Assembly (NCBI GenBank): GCA_030704615.1
Contig: CM060731.1
Coordinates: 16,244,001 to 16,308,000 of the forward strand
From: Takakia lepidozioides
Lineage: Eukaryota; Plantae; Bryophyta
DNA: 64,000 bases
Direction of reading: 5' to 3'
Numbering within the stretch: the stretch's first letter is position 1; each line of letters opens with the position of its first letter. A program made the translations under genes and the position numbers. Positions 25,578 to 40,222 of this stretch are shown here, one piece after another. The notes below the pieces were generated by a model that was not told the origin of the DNA, ran no database searches, and saw nothing but the letters and a program-made list of their open reading frames with translations.

Positions 25578-27597
25578 CTCCTTATCTTAAACCTAAACCT
25601 TGAAGTCTCGAATCTCTGCTAATAGAACACACCAAAAAGTGTCATCTTCTCCTCCACTAGATGAGAATTTCTTTCCCCTCGGACTCTGTCCTTCGGGAAA
25701 TCTCACGCACGGATTTACCACAAAACAGTGTCTCACCCGCACCAGTGCATCGTACGAGAATTCCAGCTTGCGCTGGGCTTTCCATCCCAAAAACTAGTGC
25801 GATTTGCTGGCCCGTCCCACGCGGCTTTCAAATTCAAACACGAAATTCACAGTCATGAGAATTGAACGACACTTCATAAGGTAAAGCATGAAACAAGGAA
25901 GAGTGAGAGGGGCTTTCCACAAGCAGCCCAACAACAACTGTTGCACAGAGATTCTTCAGAGTCAACGCCTCATGCAGACATGCTGCTCATAAATTCCGAT
26001 CCTCATAATGGACGATCTCTGAGAGGCCCAGTCTGCACAATCCTCTTGGGTGCAGACAACTGTTTGAAAGCCTCCGAGAAGCAAGATCTGCAAAGTGTAA
26101 CAGCTGCAGACGAGACCATGGAGCACCGACAGCGATGACGAGCCAGACAATCTGTCTTCCATCCGCCCTGCACGACGATGCCGATTGTGTAAGCAAGCGG
26201 CAATGGATATGGATGACTGGTCATTCTCTAGGACTCTAGGCCGCATGACCACATACACATACATGGACATATAATACATTCACATAGTCGCCTGCCACGC
26301 AAGCATCTCCAGACTCTGTTGTGCGGTGCGAGTATGAGAGCAGAGCAGAGCAGAGCAGAGCAGAGGGAGGAAGGAAGAAGATGAAGCAACTTGATCGCTG
26401 TGTAGAAGCGACGAACAATGGGTTCGTTGGGATTTGCAGGGCTGTGGAGGTGCAGGTGTGTGGTGCGTTTGTCAATCTACTGGCTCTTGTTACTCTCGCC
26501 AAGTCCTTTTGTTTGACAGCCCCTGTACACTGGTGAAGGTTCTCTTCGAGGTGGATGTGTGGTTGCTGTAGGATGCATATGAAGGAGAACCGGCTTCCAT
26601 GAATCGCTACAAGAGCTCCTCTGTTAGTCCCCTTCTCTCCATGTTTGCCTTGCATACAAACTGATTACCAATTTGACCTAAAGAGTCACAATTGGTCATG
26701 GAGTGATGAGGCCCTTCTCATATCTGCTGTTTCCTGCAGATTCTATCCCTATATGTGGTAGAATCTCGTCCAGCCTCAGTGAAAGATAAGCAGACCATAT
26801 ATCAGCACATTCATTGTTTTAGCCTCTTTTAGCCCCTCATTATCTTCCCTATGTCTTTCTATGTCTCTCTTCAGTAGAGCCCTCTGTGCGGGAGGTGGCA
26901 AGTTTGAACTATCTCGTCCTAACCTGGAAGACACAATTTTTCTTTCCCACAACCAAGCATGCCCCATAGACAGATATTCATAAAGAGATCGCTAGAGCAC
27001 AACAAGTCAAGGATGGGTTGTCACCTACTAGAAACCAAAACAGAGCCACAGATAATTATCTAATATGAAACCTTTCCACTGCAGTACTCACAACACACCC
27101 AGCAGACTTGAAGGGAAAAGAACGAAAGAAGGAAGACTCTTGCCGGAGCAAGGAACAAATGAACCACAAAAGCAGCCAGAAGAAAAGCTGCCAAGAATTC
27201 CATGAGCTGCAGGTCTTGCAACAGTCGGAATTCAAGGCCATCCTGTCGCTCAAGTCCGGGAAGCATCCACAAACACTATGAAACTGGACTAGGATCTATA
27301 TAAGAAAGCCTTAACAAGGTCAAATCGAGAAAACACCCATCTTCACCAACCAAATGTGCCAGGTGCTCAGTAACATTCATTGTGAACAAAAAGGGGGAGT
27401 AGCCACAAGATGAAGTGGCTCTTACTTGTGCCAGCTGCGGCCACAGTCTTCTCTCTCACTCTCTCTCACTGTGACCTTTTGAATAGAAAGGGCATCCATC
27501 TGTCTATTTGTTCTGATGGGTACAAATAATCTTGCTCATTATCTACAAGGTAAGATTTCTCCGCATCATTGCACTAGAACAACCCTCTCGGCAAGTG

Positions 27598-30500
27598 TTA
27601 AGTTCTTGCGCTTACAGGCGGAGTTTGCTTAGTCACAGGCTGATAGCGCTGCTCTAGCTGAAACCACTCTTCAAGGCCAACAAGCTGATTGAATTCCTCA
27701 AATGTCGCCAACTTATCAAGGTGATCACGAGTGGTGCCATTTTCCTTCAGCAACGTGGTGATATCAATGAGGGCACGTGCTGTGGCATAGAGTGTGGTGA
27801 GTGGGTGCACCACAAGTTGGAAGCCAATCTTAAGCAGCTCTTCTTTGTTATGCAAGGGGGTAACACCCCCCTCGAGCATGTTGCACACACGTAACCCCTG
27901 TGTGCAAAGCCCTATCTCCCGCAGCTCCTCATCGTCACGGGGAGCCTCAACAAAACTGGCATCAGCACCGGCCTGGCACTTCAAGAACCACATGTCAATT
28001 GGAGCTACTTCCCATTAAAGTTCACTAGTTCAAGTTACTGAAAGTCAATTGCAAGAACAAGACCTAAACTTTCTGGCTTAGTACCTCTCATTTTGTAGGA
28101 TGTGGACCTACATAACTACAAAACTTTTACATCCCAATGGTATTAAAAAGACCACTGTGGTTATTACAGTACTTTGATTACCTCACATTAGGCAAAAATA
28201 CAGGAAGAGAAGGTCCTGTAACCAACCGTTTTTGCCATTTGGTTTCCATATGCAAGGAGGGAGAGAGAGTAAGGACCTCCATATAAAGATTTGCCCTATT
28301 GATCGCCTCTTCCAGTCCAGTTTTTGCCGAGGTGGCACGTGCATCCGTTCTGGCTACTAAAAAGAAGTCAGCATCTCCAATGGCATCTCTTGCTGCTGCA
28401 ATTTTAGCAGCATGCTCCTCTGCTGGAATAACCTGCAACATCAACAAACCAACATATGGGGACTTCGATGTCACAAGATGTAGTGCAGATACTTGTTCTA
28501 TTTCTATGTTGGTCTCCTCTCTTAGCTGATAAAAGTTCAAGGTACTTCTAATGCATCAGTTCGTTCCTTTCCTGCTCCTGTGTCATACAACCTGGTGCCT
28601 TGCTCTGACATCCCCCAACAAGTTCAGGCAAGAAGCAGCTTCATATGCAGAAATGGACCCTAGTGTCATCAAACCTCACATTATTTTATGGATCCAGACT
28701 CCTCCATTTCAATTTGCATAGCAATTACAAAAAGCACCCTAAACAGAATATATTAACCATGACCATCAAGAAAATGGCTAGAGATGGCAGTGTCATAGGT
28801 TTGCGAGTTGTTGACAAGGAACTCGAGATTATTCCTTCCCTCCAGCATCTAGGTGTACCAGTCGTCAACAAGGCATAATTCACTCTTTGGGTAAGATAAT
28901 TTCATCCAGAGCACATGAAAGGAATTGGAGAATCAACTGTTTGCCACGCATATGCCCTGTCGATGCCATTGCATAAACAGACATCCAAGGCCACATTAGT
29001 ATCCTTCCCAAGGTCCCTCAAACTGCTTCCTGCAGTGCTCAAATAGTGGACAAAATGCAACATGCACATCTATTGCCTTGTATCTGGCACGCTTGCAAGC
29101 TTCAGTGCAACGAGGATCCAAGAAACCAATACCACCACAAGCAAAGCCCTATAACAGCAACGTAAACATCACACCGTTGTAGCGATGCATGTGGGCACCA
29201 ATAAACTACAGGAAACTACATAAGCAGCTACCTATCAACCTGTTGACAAACCAAAATCTGCAATACTAATTTGTTCTACATACCACATTTTTTTGGCCAG
29301 ACTTGATCCTGCAAAAAGAACAACAAGATAATGCACTTAGCAACGCCAACATAGAGTTTCAGAAGTCCCTGCAAATTGATAGTTACCTTTATGCACCAGA
29401 GTTGCAAGAATATGTACCGCTACAGTTACTGTGCATTTCTTGCAGGTTAGGGAGTACATTAGAAAGCACATCGTAGCTTCTCTATGGTTACTGTTCATTG
29501 AAAGCTTACAGCCTGTAGTACATGGCCATCTCATACAACATATTCCAGTCCTGAAGCATGGTAACACCAATACTACCTCGAGAAAGCAACCAGCTGCTCC
29601 AGCAGCAATCAAATCCTTGATTGTTCTTTGCACGTTGAGAGCATTGCCTCCACCGGTGTCTGTGTGCGTAGTACAGAGTCAATGACAACCAACCCTGAAA
29701 GTTTAGCTAGCAGCACTGCAAATCACAGTATCAGGTAAAATAAAGAACAAATCAACAAAGATTACGCCTCATTGTCATTCCTTGTAATGCTGAAAAAGAA
29801 ACTGAATTACCTGCATCTGCAATGATTGGAATTTTAGGTGCTGCAGCACAGATGAATCGAGCATTCATTGCCATCTCTGTAGGTCTGAGACATGTGGAAC
29901 GAGCAAGTACTCAGTAAGAACCACAGACAGCCAGTCAATATTTGGTCAATTGTTCAGGCAAGTACAATCCAAACAAGTCTATATCACAAGGGGAGAGCAC
30001 TTGTGCAATCCCAGAGCAATACATAGATTATCCACAATGGGAATCCAGCGTAAGGCACAGTTGCTTTCCAGACACTAATCACTCACCCACGAGACTAATG
30101 CACCGACTACAGGAGACGTGATGTGTTTGCATCCAGATTGTACGTCTGAATTATTTCTATTTCTCTTGATACGACACGATTGTGCACGAGACAAAAATAA
30201 CCAAGGAAAATACCTATCGGCGTCCCTTACTACTTGAACGGAATACTTAGAAAAGTCTAACAGCGTAATTATTCTGCGTGAGCGAACTCAGGTCAGCTTT
30301 ACTGCTCCCCATACAAGATATAATGATAAAGATGATAACGCAAGTCAGAGCTAATGGCATGTTCAATTAGCAGGCAGCTACTTACGTTAAGAAGCCGAAG
30401 TCGGGCTTCCCAAGGAGAGAAGCGGACATGGCGTAGCCTGAAATAAAGCCAGCTTCGAACCCGGCTCGCTCTACAATGGCAGCCGACAGAGCATCGTAGC

Positions 30501-30747
30501 AACCGGGCATGAGAACTACTCCGTTGTCTTGTATAAGTTTATGGACCCGAGTACTCCCTGCACTGCGGCCGTTCCCAGTGGCCGCTCTGATGGACACCAA
30601 ACTTCTGGCTCTCTCTGCAGTTCTCTTAAAAATACTCGCCCCTTGCAAAGCGGTCCCATTAAAGGAAGACGGAAACAAGGGCGCAGCTCTTCCAACATTC
30701 GACCCGGTACACGCCTCCAGTCCCCACACAGCTGGAGCAGCCGCCAT
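27598..30747 (-). CDS. Isocitrate lyase / PEP-mutase superfamily lyase (2,3-dimethylmalate lyase-like), plastid-targeted
   Basis: MPGCYDALSA, GFISGY, KPDFG, IIADADTGGGNALNV, EDQVWPKKCGHMRGK, ARTDAR, GADASFVEAP, NMLEGGVTP, spread over about 7 exons. Confidence 0.9.
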
Positions 30748-32026
30748 AGATCTCAGCAACTCCTCTCTCAGTCCCTCCTGTGGTTATTGCCTCACCGTCT
30801 TGTGTCTAAGACCAGCTTCTGGGTATAGCCTCAGAATTGCCTAGCTCCACGCATAATCTGAGCTCTCTCTCTCTCTCTCTCTCTCTCTCGTAGGCAAGGC
30901 GGCGCGATGAAGTATGTCAAGGTGACGAGGAGGTGTTGAAGTTAGCCTACAAGACAACCGATATACTCGAGATGCTTGTGCATATATAGTGTGCAATCGA
31001 GCCCATCACCACCATTTTTAGCACTTTCCCAAGCTATTTTGATCGAATCTTTTTCCGTAAGAAATTGTGTTGTACGGTTTTGTACATCGAACTCTTTTTA
31101 CTTAAAAAGATTTGGAGCATTTGCGCGGGCAATTCCTGTTGTCAGAATCCTATCGAGGAGGGGCAATGCTTCGAAAGCAAAGAGTTCACTGTTAAACTTA
31201 CTGAAAGTGATCTTCCAGGTTTCGAAGCAGAGGGGGAGGGATCGTACCAGAAACTGAGCTTGGGTACAAGGGAAAAAAGCGCCCTGTGAAAATGTAAGAC
31301 TCAGGAAGACCATGTTGGGGGGTCTACTTTGTATGAAACTCCCTCCAAAATCCAGCATGCATCCACAAAAAAGTCATCCCCCAGTTGTTCACAGTGGAAT
31401 TTCTCTTCTTCATGGAGGAGAAAATGCAAGTGCGGTTTTGAAAGCAAATTATTTTGAGACAAGAACTACAGTTTCAGAGGCCCCTAGTACCAAAAATATG
31501 CTTTCATAAATCCCAAGTTACAATTAGTACCCTCAGAGGTCTGGTAAGTCAGTCCTGAGCACTGCAACAGGTTGCAAGAATCTACACATAATTAAACAGG
31601 TCTAGACAATCAATCAATAGCCAGTCAACACCTGGACCACCTGCCAAAGGAGCCCAAAAGGCTGTTTCATATATTATGTCCATGAGAGGCCCATTCTTAT
31701 ATCCCTCTCACATGCTCTCAATGCCGAGAGAGAGATGAGACTGACAGTATATGGTACAAGCTATGGCAGCTTTTCCACCTCCCTATGTGCAGTTGGACAA
31801 CTGTATGCTCTAACTATACAGTGATGTTGTCAACAAGCACTAACACTTCACTAAGCCTCATCCACCAAACCACCTGACTCCCCTTCTCTCTTGCCCTCCT
31901 CCCTTTGAGGAAAGGTCAACCAGCGCAGATTGGACCCTAAAGGGATGCACAACATTCACGTCTGCTGGTGAGAGTGTCAAAGACCCTTGTAGTCTTTAAC
32001 TTTCAAGTGTAAGGGAGCACATCATT

Positions 32027-35000
32027 TCAGAAAACACGGGGGATTATTTTGTATGGCACTCGCTTGCAATACGCCTCCCAATACTTGTGATACTTCAATC
32101 TGCAGCGTCTGTCATCACGTGCGGCACGATCAACCAGGAGAGCTGCCAAGTAGCTCACATAGAAGTACGGAATTGCCTGCACCAAGTCCTTCCCTCCATT
32201 AGCCTCCCTCGACAGACACAATACCCTTCTGGATGACCTGAGGCAAGCTCGGCTAATACCAGACACAATTAGCTTTCGAACTCAATGGACAAAAACGCCC
32301 CTTGTCCTTGGCCCAAAGCACGTATTGCAAACATTGTAAAACAGATTGATCACCGCAAACCTGTGGGTGTGGTTGCCATGTACTCCAAGAAAAGAAAAGG
32401 GAAAAAACCTGCCCGAGGTCCTTGTCAAAGACTCTACTCAATAGCCCTTCCACATTCTTAGTAACCTTGTGCAAAAAAGATCAAGCCCGCACGCTTCCCT
32501 CTTAACCCTTTAGAAGAATGATGATACAGGATTATGTATTGTTGAAAACAAAATGCATATGTCCACACATGTTTAAAGAGAGCCGGAAGGGTCCAGAAGA
32601 ACGCAGCCCCGATTTCAGGGACATAGTGAAAATGGCGAGCAATGCCCCACCTGTCATAAACCACACACCATGAGAAATCCACATGCTGTGAAGAGTGAAG
32701 ACAGTAATTGTCTGTGAAAAACGGGTAAGTAATTAGGTTGCTCTCCCCAATATGGAGGTCTGCATTGTAATTGCATACTAGGTAGATGTGTCACAATAAA
32801 CTTTTGGAATATGTACTTGCAACTTGAGTTTCAAACCTCCATGTAGTCCAATAAAGGCAAGCGATTCCAACAGGGGACCTCTGCTAGCCAACGCACACCC
32901 TAAATAATTACGTCTGTGAGAAATTCTTTAGAAATCTGATCCCCATTGCCACACTAAAGACATAATTAAAGAAAGGGGCTTACCAGCCAGCTGTAAGCAA
33001 CAGGCTTTGCTTGTGCTCTCCAGTCGCAGTTACATGGTGGGCGTGAATCTGAAAACATTTTTCTGCAGAACTCAGTATCCAAAATCCTCCATTTAATCCT
33101 CTCTTTCCCTCCACTCCCATTCTTTTCCTTAAGACAAAACCTCACAAGTCGACTTTCAGAAAAAGTAGGGAATTTACTAATATATAACAAGGTGGTGAAC
33201 ATAGACAGCAGACCTTGCTGGGAACCTTTCCCCAGATCCTGCATTTGCCATTGGAGTGATGGAACAGTTGCCGTTGTCTGTCACAGTCATAGACGATATA
33301 GATGCAGACCAACCCACCTGCGAATATTGCAAGTGCTACCTGTGCACCCACAGTTTTAAAAGACTTGTCGAAGTTTGTCTTTCAGTTGCAAGGAGAACAT
33401 CCAAATTAGGTAGTAAAAGACTTGCCTAAGTTTGTCTTTCGATTACAGGGAGCATAAACTTGGAAGAGAACGGGTAAGAATTGGTTTATCTCTCTTTTAG
33501 AGTGTGGTTTGAAGTTTGCTATCATCTTCTTGTCAAAAGTTGAAGGCCACCCTACTATTTGTCTCTTCTTATAGTTTTCAGGCTAAGAGGGTATACTCCT
33601 CGGCTCAGCTGAATTGGATGTGACACCATATAGAGAGCTGGAGATGTGTAAACTGTAGGAATCCACACCATGCAACCCCAAACAACGAAGAATCCGGCTG
33701 CAAATGCCCGAACATCCGAGTCCCCAGCTTTTAGCCGTGAATTGGTTACTGGTGATGACCATTAAGCTTTGAGTTTTCTAGTATAACTATTTCTGGTCTG
33801 TTTTGAAACATTTTAACAGTTAGGGTGGCTTAAAAGCACGTGGATCTGAGAACACTGCAAGCATAGATTCCTTTAGTACTGCTCATGTTAAGATGCTGGG
33901 GATTGCTCCAGGCATGGTAGTGCCATAGCAGCAAAGCATCCATGCATAAGCAGACCACATATTTCTGGTCCTTAAACTATCATGTCATAATGACAAGGCC
34001 AGCATTGTTATTCCAGGTGATAGCATGTATGTCTGTATGCACATACACACCTCGGTCATGGGCGACATCCCTGGAGCTCCAGAACCCTGATTCCCCCCAG
34101 AAGAACTTGGTGGTGTATATGAGCATCAGTGAGGTGGTCACCATCATCGAGTTTGAAATCCTTCCTTGAGTGTCATGCTGGCCAACAAATCCTTGAGTCA
34201 GAAACTTTCATTGAAGGGAGGAACAAGAGGGAAAGGTGACAGAAAGGTCAGAAGTGAGGTGAAAATGCACAATGTTCTACGGACTGGCATGAGCCTGCAA
34301 ATGCATAATTAACGCATTATCGAAAGCGGGGCCTTTAACAACATGCCAAAATCTCTTGCATGTCTATCACACAAAAGGGCTTCACAAAACCCCCTCCCTC
34401 CCTATATGCAACCCTTGATAAGTGCAGTATCGTATTGTGAATTCCTGCCAGTGTATAGCCCTTGACCTCCCACCTTCATGGGATGTTTTAGTCGATGCAT
34501 GGGTAAACTTGCTGTCTTCAACATAACAAGCTATCCATCCCTATGAGGCCAATTTACCAGAAAAACCTCACCATCCAAGGGCTATTTGCACGTCTCCAAA
34601 CTCTTTGATGCAGCACAATCAGGGCAGAGTACAGGATCAAATAATGAGAACCCACCTGCTTGATGGCGAAACTGATAACTAGGATGGCCCATGACATCAC
34701 CCCAAATCGAGAATTGGTAAAAACCTTGATGTCAAAATGCTTTGAAATTCTGGGGTATAATTCCATTCCCTACACATCCATAAACAGCCCTGTCACTTTA
34801 ACCCAGATTGTTTTCCCCGAGTTCAATCAATCGGCTCTTTGGTCCATTGATACGGTCTGGGCACAATCATCCTTGACATAGTCTTCACCCTCAGTAAATC
34901 TGCTACAATGGTTGTTAAACAGACAAGGGACAGAGCTCTAGAGTTCATTGCCTCTTGGAGGCCAGCCACAAAGAATGGCACAAGTAATGACAGTGAATGC

Positions 35001-37133
35001 CTTAATGAGGGATACCCCTCACATCATACCTCAAACAAGGCTTACCCAGAAAAAGTCAGAGAGGATGTTGCCAGATGAGCCCCAGTCGTCAGACGATGGC
35101 GCCATGTGACCCTGCCCATGCAATCATCAATGTGAGTGCATGTTCGCATCAACAGGATCAGCAAGGAACCAAGAAATGAGCTATCTATACAGTAGGAGAA
35201 AAGTCGACTCACTTTAAAGTAGAGGAAGATGGATATGACATAGCACCCGATTATGAGTACTGAAAAAATCTCGCCTATTTGATCATACACAATTGCTGGA
35301 TTGAACCAACGCTCCCTTTTGCACATGCATTCAAAATCAAGTTAGCCCATACAGTAGATAATCGATAATACCATCCAGGCTCATTAACATCTTCATTACA
35401 TACTGTTACGTCAAACAATAGAGTATTGTCACATCCAACCACCAACAACATTGACGAGGTTCACAGCAAAGTTTCTCAGACATGCAGACACACATTGATA
35501 GAGAGAATGTACTCATAAGACGTTGTCCTACGCCTTGTGGCCATACACCCCATGGAACAAGAGAGTTTGGGCGGAACAAGAGCACTGAGAGAGAGAGAGA
35601 GAGAGACCTACTTCCAAAGAACATAGTAAACACCTAGCGTCGCCAAATATGCTGGAAACCCATTTTTCTGTCAACAAAATTGGGCAATGAAGTAGCCTAG
35701 AGAAACATTAGTCCAATGTCATCAAACGAGGCAAACATCTATAGCAAATGGAAAATCTCTCCTTTCTACTGCTCCCTCAGACTCTGTCATTTGTATCTTA
35801 GAACAAGCATTAAGTCCAATAACAACATGTATCACGAGTCCACAGGTATGTGGTTTGTGCAACCAAAAGAAGAACAACAGATCAGAAGGACAATAATTAG
35901 AATAGTGACAACCTTATAAATAGGGCGGTGTCCAGCTGGAGAAGTGGGGCCCACGTGACGTTCACCAGGCAGCAAAACTAGCAGCGAAGCCTCAAACGCT
36001 GCAAAGGAGGCAATCAGTTTCCATGCGCGGACAGTGGGGTATGGCCAGACATCACGCAACGATTTCAGGCCGCGAGAGTAAAAGAAGGTGTAGGATTTAT
36101 AAACAGCACCATCCATGTGCGCAATTGTATACCATCTACAGCACCAGAAACAAAACAAATTCCCCCTTCTATTAGCAAATCGTTACCAAACCTCCAACAG
36201 CAGAAGTGTGCAAAAGTGCAAAGAGTACATCCTTACAAACATCAATTTCCACGTCTTCCAAGGAATGTGGGATGTAAGTCTAGGGTCTGGCACTAAAGCC
36301 GTTGATGATCTTGCAGAGTTAGTGAGAGGTTTCGACGGCGTCCATGCTAACTGTGGTCGGGGGAGGGGAAGTGGTAGCTGATATAGGAGGGAAGAATACA
36401 GAGAGATCCCTTCCTTCCCCAACACACGACCTGTTAACCGCGCAAACCCGGCTGGCTGCGCTTCACAGGGTACGCAGCAATTTGATTCATTTCTTAAGAA
36501 TGCCTTTCAAGCCTAGCTACGTACAGTGTGACTCGTATCCTCACGAGTGACCTGCCTTCCTGGATCCTAAGCGTTAGTACTTCCTAAAACAACTGAAATT
36601 TCGCCAGAGAACTCCTGTGTATCCAGCTAGCTCACTCGGTATTCGCTGCAGGATGGCTTTGCTCATTCCTATTTACCTCCTCTCGCGGACATTTACAGTA
36701 GAAAGAGTCTGCGTATGCATAAAAAGAGATAGATGATCCAACTTTTAAGAAAATTGAAGGACAACTCAGAAAATGCAACTTTACATAGAAGGTCCATGAG
36801 CGTAAAAGAGAATTGTCTGCTTTAGCGTCCAAGACATCTCTGTCTCTCGCAGAGGAAAGGTGTGAATGCGAGATATGCTCGAAAAACTAACACCTCGTCG
36901 CTACGACTGGTGGACGAGTCACGGGACTTCACAAAAAAGGGGGGGATATGAATACATCCGGGACAGGAAGAACAAGGGTGAGGATGAGGGATAGCTTGCA
37001 TGAACATGACGAGGGGCGGACACAGCGTCATCATCGCAACCATGGCGGCATACGCGATAGACTTGCAACGCACGCCTGGTAGCCTTTGAATGGATGGTCT
37101 CCTGCTGAAGGACCGACTGCGGTACCTCCCCAT
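32027..37133 (-). CDS. DWF5: 7-dehydrocholesterol (sterol delta-7) reductase
   Basis: About 11 exons. GPTSPAGHRPIYK, FFWGMELYPRI, DIKVFTNSRFGVMSW, DVAHDRAGF, YDCDRQRQ, WGIARHFHYVPEI, RDDRRCRLKYHKYWEAYCKRVPYKIIP. Confidence 0.92.
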
Positions 37134-38857
37134 CTTCCTGTCCGATTTCTGCTATCTAAATCTCACGTTCTCCACGCGATTCAAGGCTTGTGCACACCCA
37201 TTGTGCTAGAGCCGGGAATCGACAAACCACCACATCTTTCACGTAGAAATCTGGCCGTGGTCAAATAATCCTGGAAGCAAGTGATGAAACCGCATTCTTC
37301 TGTGGGGATGTATCGCCCTCCAACCCAATTGCACGGGAATATAGAAGATGGGTGCGGATTCATGGCTCACGGCCGTCTCTCTCTCTCTCTCTCGTTCTCT
37401 GGCTCGCTCCCTCCCTTGTTCTCTCTGTCTGTGCGTGTGTGTGCGCCTCTCTCGATCCCGCGCTTGCCTTCTGCCTCCTGCTCCCATCCGTTCCCTCCCG
37501 GGAATAACAACCTTTCTGTTCCCATCAATTGTTCCCCACCGTATATTTTCTTTTAAATTTTGTTTTTGTTTTCAAATTTGCCAATGGGGGGAAAACGTTT
37601 TTTTCTTTTTTCTTTTTTCTTTTTTAAGGATTGTAGCCCTGGTAAATTTATTTCGGGGAGAAAAATTAAAACCCCTGTTGACACTTTACACCATAAGGCA
37701 CACACACTGTACTCAGTGAGGCCGGAACCATACCTCTCAGAGCGAGAGAGAGCTAATATCTGACTACGAAATACAAGTTCGATCTCCCAGAATGAGTGCA
37801 AAGCCAAAGGGAAAGGGACTTTTTTCTTTGGACTCGCTCCGATTGAGAAATTCAGATGAAATGATTAAAAAGCCTGGTTCCCTCTAGAAAATATCATAAT
37901 ACAGCTGAGTAATCAAATGTATAAATACATATATAAATAGATGTATATTATTTTATTGTTATTTTTGGGTATGAATGCGGATGAGCAATAGTAATATGTG
38001 GTAATATGCGGTAATATGCGGTACTCACTTCGAAGTCATACCGGAGGATGGCGGAGCGCTCGTGCGGACGCTCCAAGTTTCTCCGTGAGGATCTGTGTCT
38101 CAGCCTGTAGTGCCGAGCTCGACTCACGTAGTTAGGAGAAGCCATCGCACTGTCATCTCATCTGAGGAGGTTTCCTTGTTTTCTTGATGGGTAATGAAAT
38201 CCGAACCTTCGTCTCGAGCCCGATGGTATCATTTCACCTTAAGGTGCTCTGAACCTCGCCGCGCATTTGCAGCCCTTATTGCAGTCCTTCCCTGACGTAT
38301 GAGATCAGCGTTCTCTGGCTGGTGGACATTGGCTACAGGCAGGAAACATCCGAAGAATGCTACCTCATGATCTTTCGCCGTTCTAGTACTTTGGCCCAGT
38401 GATCATTTTGCTTACTCGCGGCTTAGGCGCCGCTCATGCCATTCCCCTTACTCGTTCAGTCCGGTGTCTCTCCCGCCAAGGATGGCATTGTTGGGCTTTG
38501 GTTTGAACGAGTCACATACTCCTTCAGCTCCAGCAGGGAAAGCTCCCTTTTGCTCTAAAGTTGACGGACTCTCTTTCGCGTGACACTCTACAGCCAGGGC
38601 TTTAGTTTCTTCTCATGCTTGCTTGAGAGCTCTTGCTTCCATTTGACAACTCCTTCTTTCTGCTCTTGCCTCCGTTGCAACTTCTCCTTGCCTGCTCTCA
38701 TCATTCTCTCCACTCTGCTCCGCAAGTTGGGTTCAGTGCCTTTCTTTCTGTTATTCTTACCATGCGGTCTTCTCTATGGTCGGACTCTACCACGGTAGCT
38801 TGGGAGCTTCAGCCCTCATTCTCATTCTTGTCCCGTTACCAAGCCCGATTGTAGCTA

Positions 38858-40222
38858 TGGTGTCATTTGTCTCTGCGGCTCCGTCTCAAGGGCCTCCAAA
38901 GGAGAATTATGGTAGAGGTAACCAGGGTCATAGGGGCTCGAGAGGGAGATCTGGACCGCGAAACAAAAGAGGTCCAAGGGCAGGCCCTGGGCTGCTGGAT
39001 CAGGCCCGAGATACAACTCTCCCCCTATCAGAGTCTCGCAGATTTGGAGTGAAGACGTTGGGGTGGTGGAAGAATCCCAGCCTGTCTTTGCTCTGGACAT
39101 GGACATTGTCCAAGCGCAGACTCAAACTCTGGTAGAACAGGGAATCTTGATTCACTTCCCGGGCCGAGCCCGGGACAGACATTGCGCTCGAAAATGGGAG
39201 CAAGAGCATTTGGGCACGGAGGGGGGGCTCACACCCCATTTCTGCCTCCCCTTGGGGCGCAACTTCTACTCCCTTATGTTCAATTCGGCTGAAAACGTAG
39301 CCAAAGCCATCAAGTTTAATGTAAGGAGATCCAGGATCCGTGTGCATATATTTCCATGGTCATCTGAGTGGGGACACAAAGGAGGAACTACATGCAAACC
39401 GAGAATAATAGCACTTCCGTACCTGCCAAGCAATTACCTCCACTCGCTCTCGGAGATTGGAACTCACTTTGGAGTGTATATTGGCTCGATGGGAGTCTTT
39501 GAGAGCAAGGAGCTTGATGCTCGTAGCGTGGACAACGTCCCCCCCCCCCCCTTTTTTTTTTGAAGAAATACAGGACAAAGGAATTCCACGCATCGTCGTG
39601 CTGATGCCCGAAGCGGCGCCCATTGTTGCATCCTTGAAGCTGCCCACTTTAGACAAGTCTTTCATTTCAATAATTGTGCAGGAAGAGAAATTAAGCATTA
39701 TCTGCCACTATTGTCATTGCGAAGGGCATATCAAAGTGGAATGCCCTGTTTTCTTGAAGGATAAGGCGGAGAGAGAGATCCCCCCTCTTGTTTCTAATCA
39801 GCAGGAGTGGATGCAGGTCCAGTCAAGAGACCCTGTTGGGTCGTCAAGGAAACGCTCGAAGGTCTCCCCCCTTCCCCCCCGGGCAAAAAGGGCCCGTGCT
39901 CTGAAATCTTCCTCCCCCTCCCCTATTAGTCCAAGAATCTTTCTCCTCCCTCTTAAGTCTCCTATCTCCACCTCCCATGTAGCCGATGAGTCCGAGCTGT
40001 TCATTATCATCCCTGGGGCCAAGCACAATCTCGCAACATATTGTTTGCAGCTCAGATCCTTCTCTGACATTGCTCTCACTGATTCTATTTCCCCAGAGGG
40101 GGCCTTCTCTGTTGCAATTAGAATTACTCCAATCATCTTCGGATTCCCAGAAGGAAATCCCTCTATTTTGTTGACCGGAGCTAACTCTTTTGCAAGCATT
40201 TGGATTAACAAGGGGGATGTGG
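38858..40222 (+). mobile_element. LINE ORF1-like gene (CCHC zinc knuckle), frameshifted; its C-terminal tail lies inverted at 41133-40979
   Basis: CHYCHCEGHIKVECP. Strong similarity to ORF 62245-63702 (LGRNFYSLMF vs LGRGFYSIMF, WGHKGG, LKLPTLD, FGFPEG). Confidence 0.7.
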
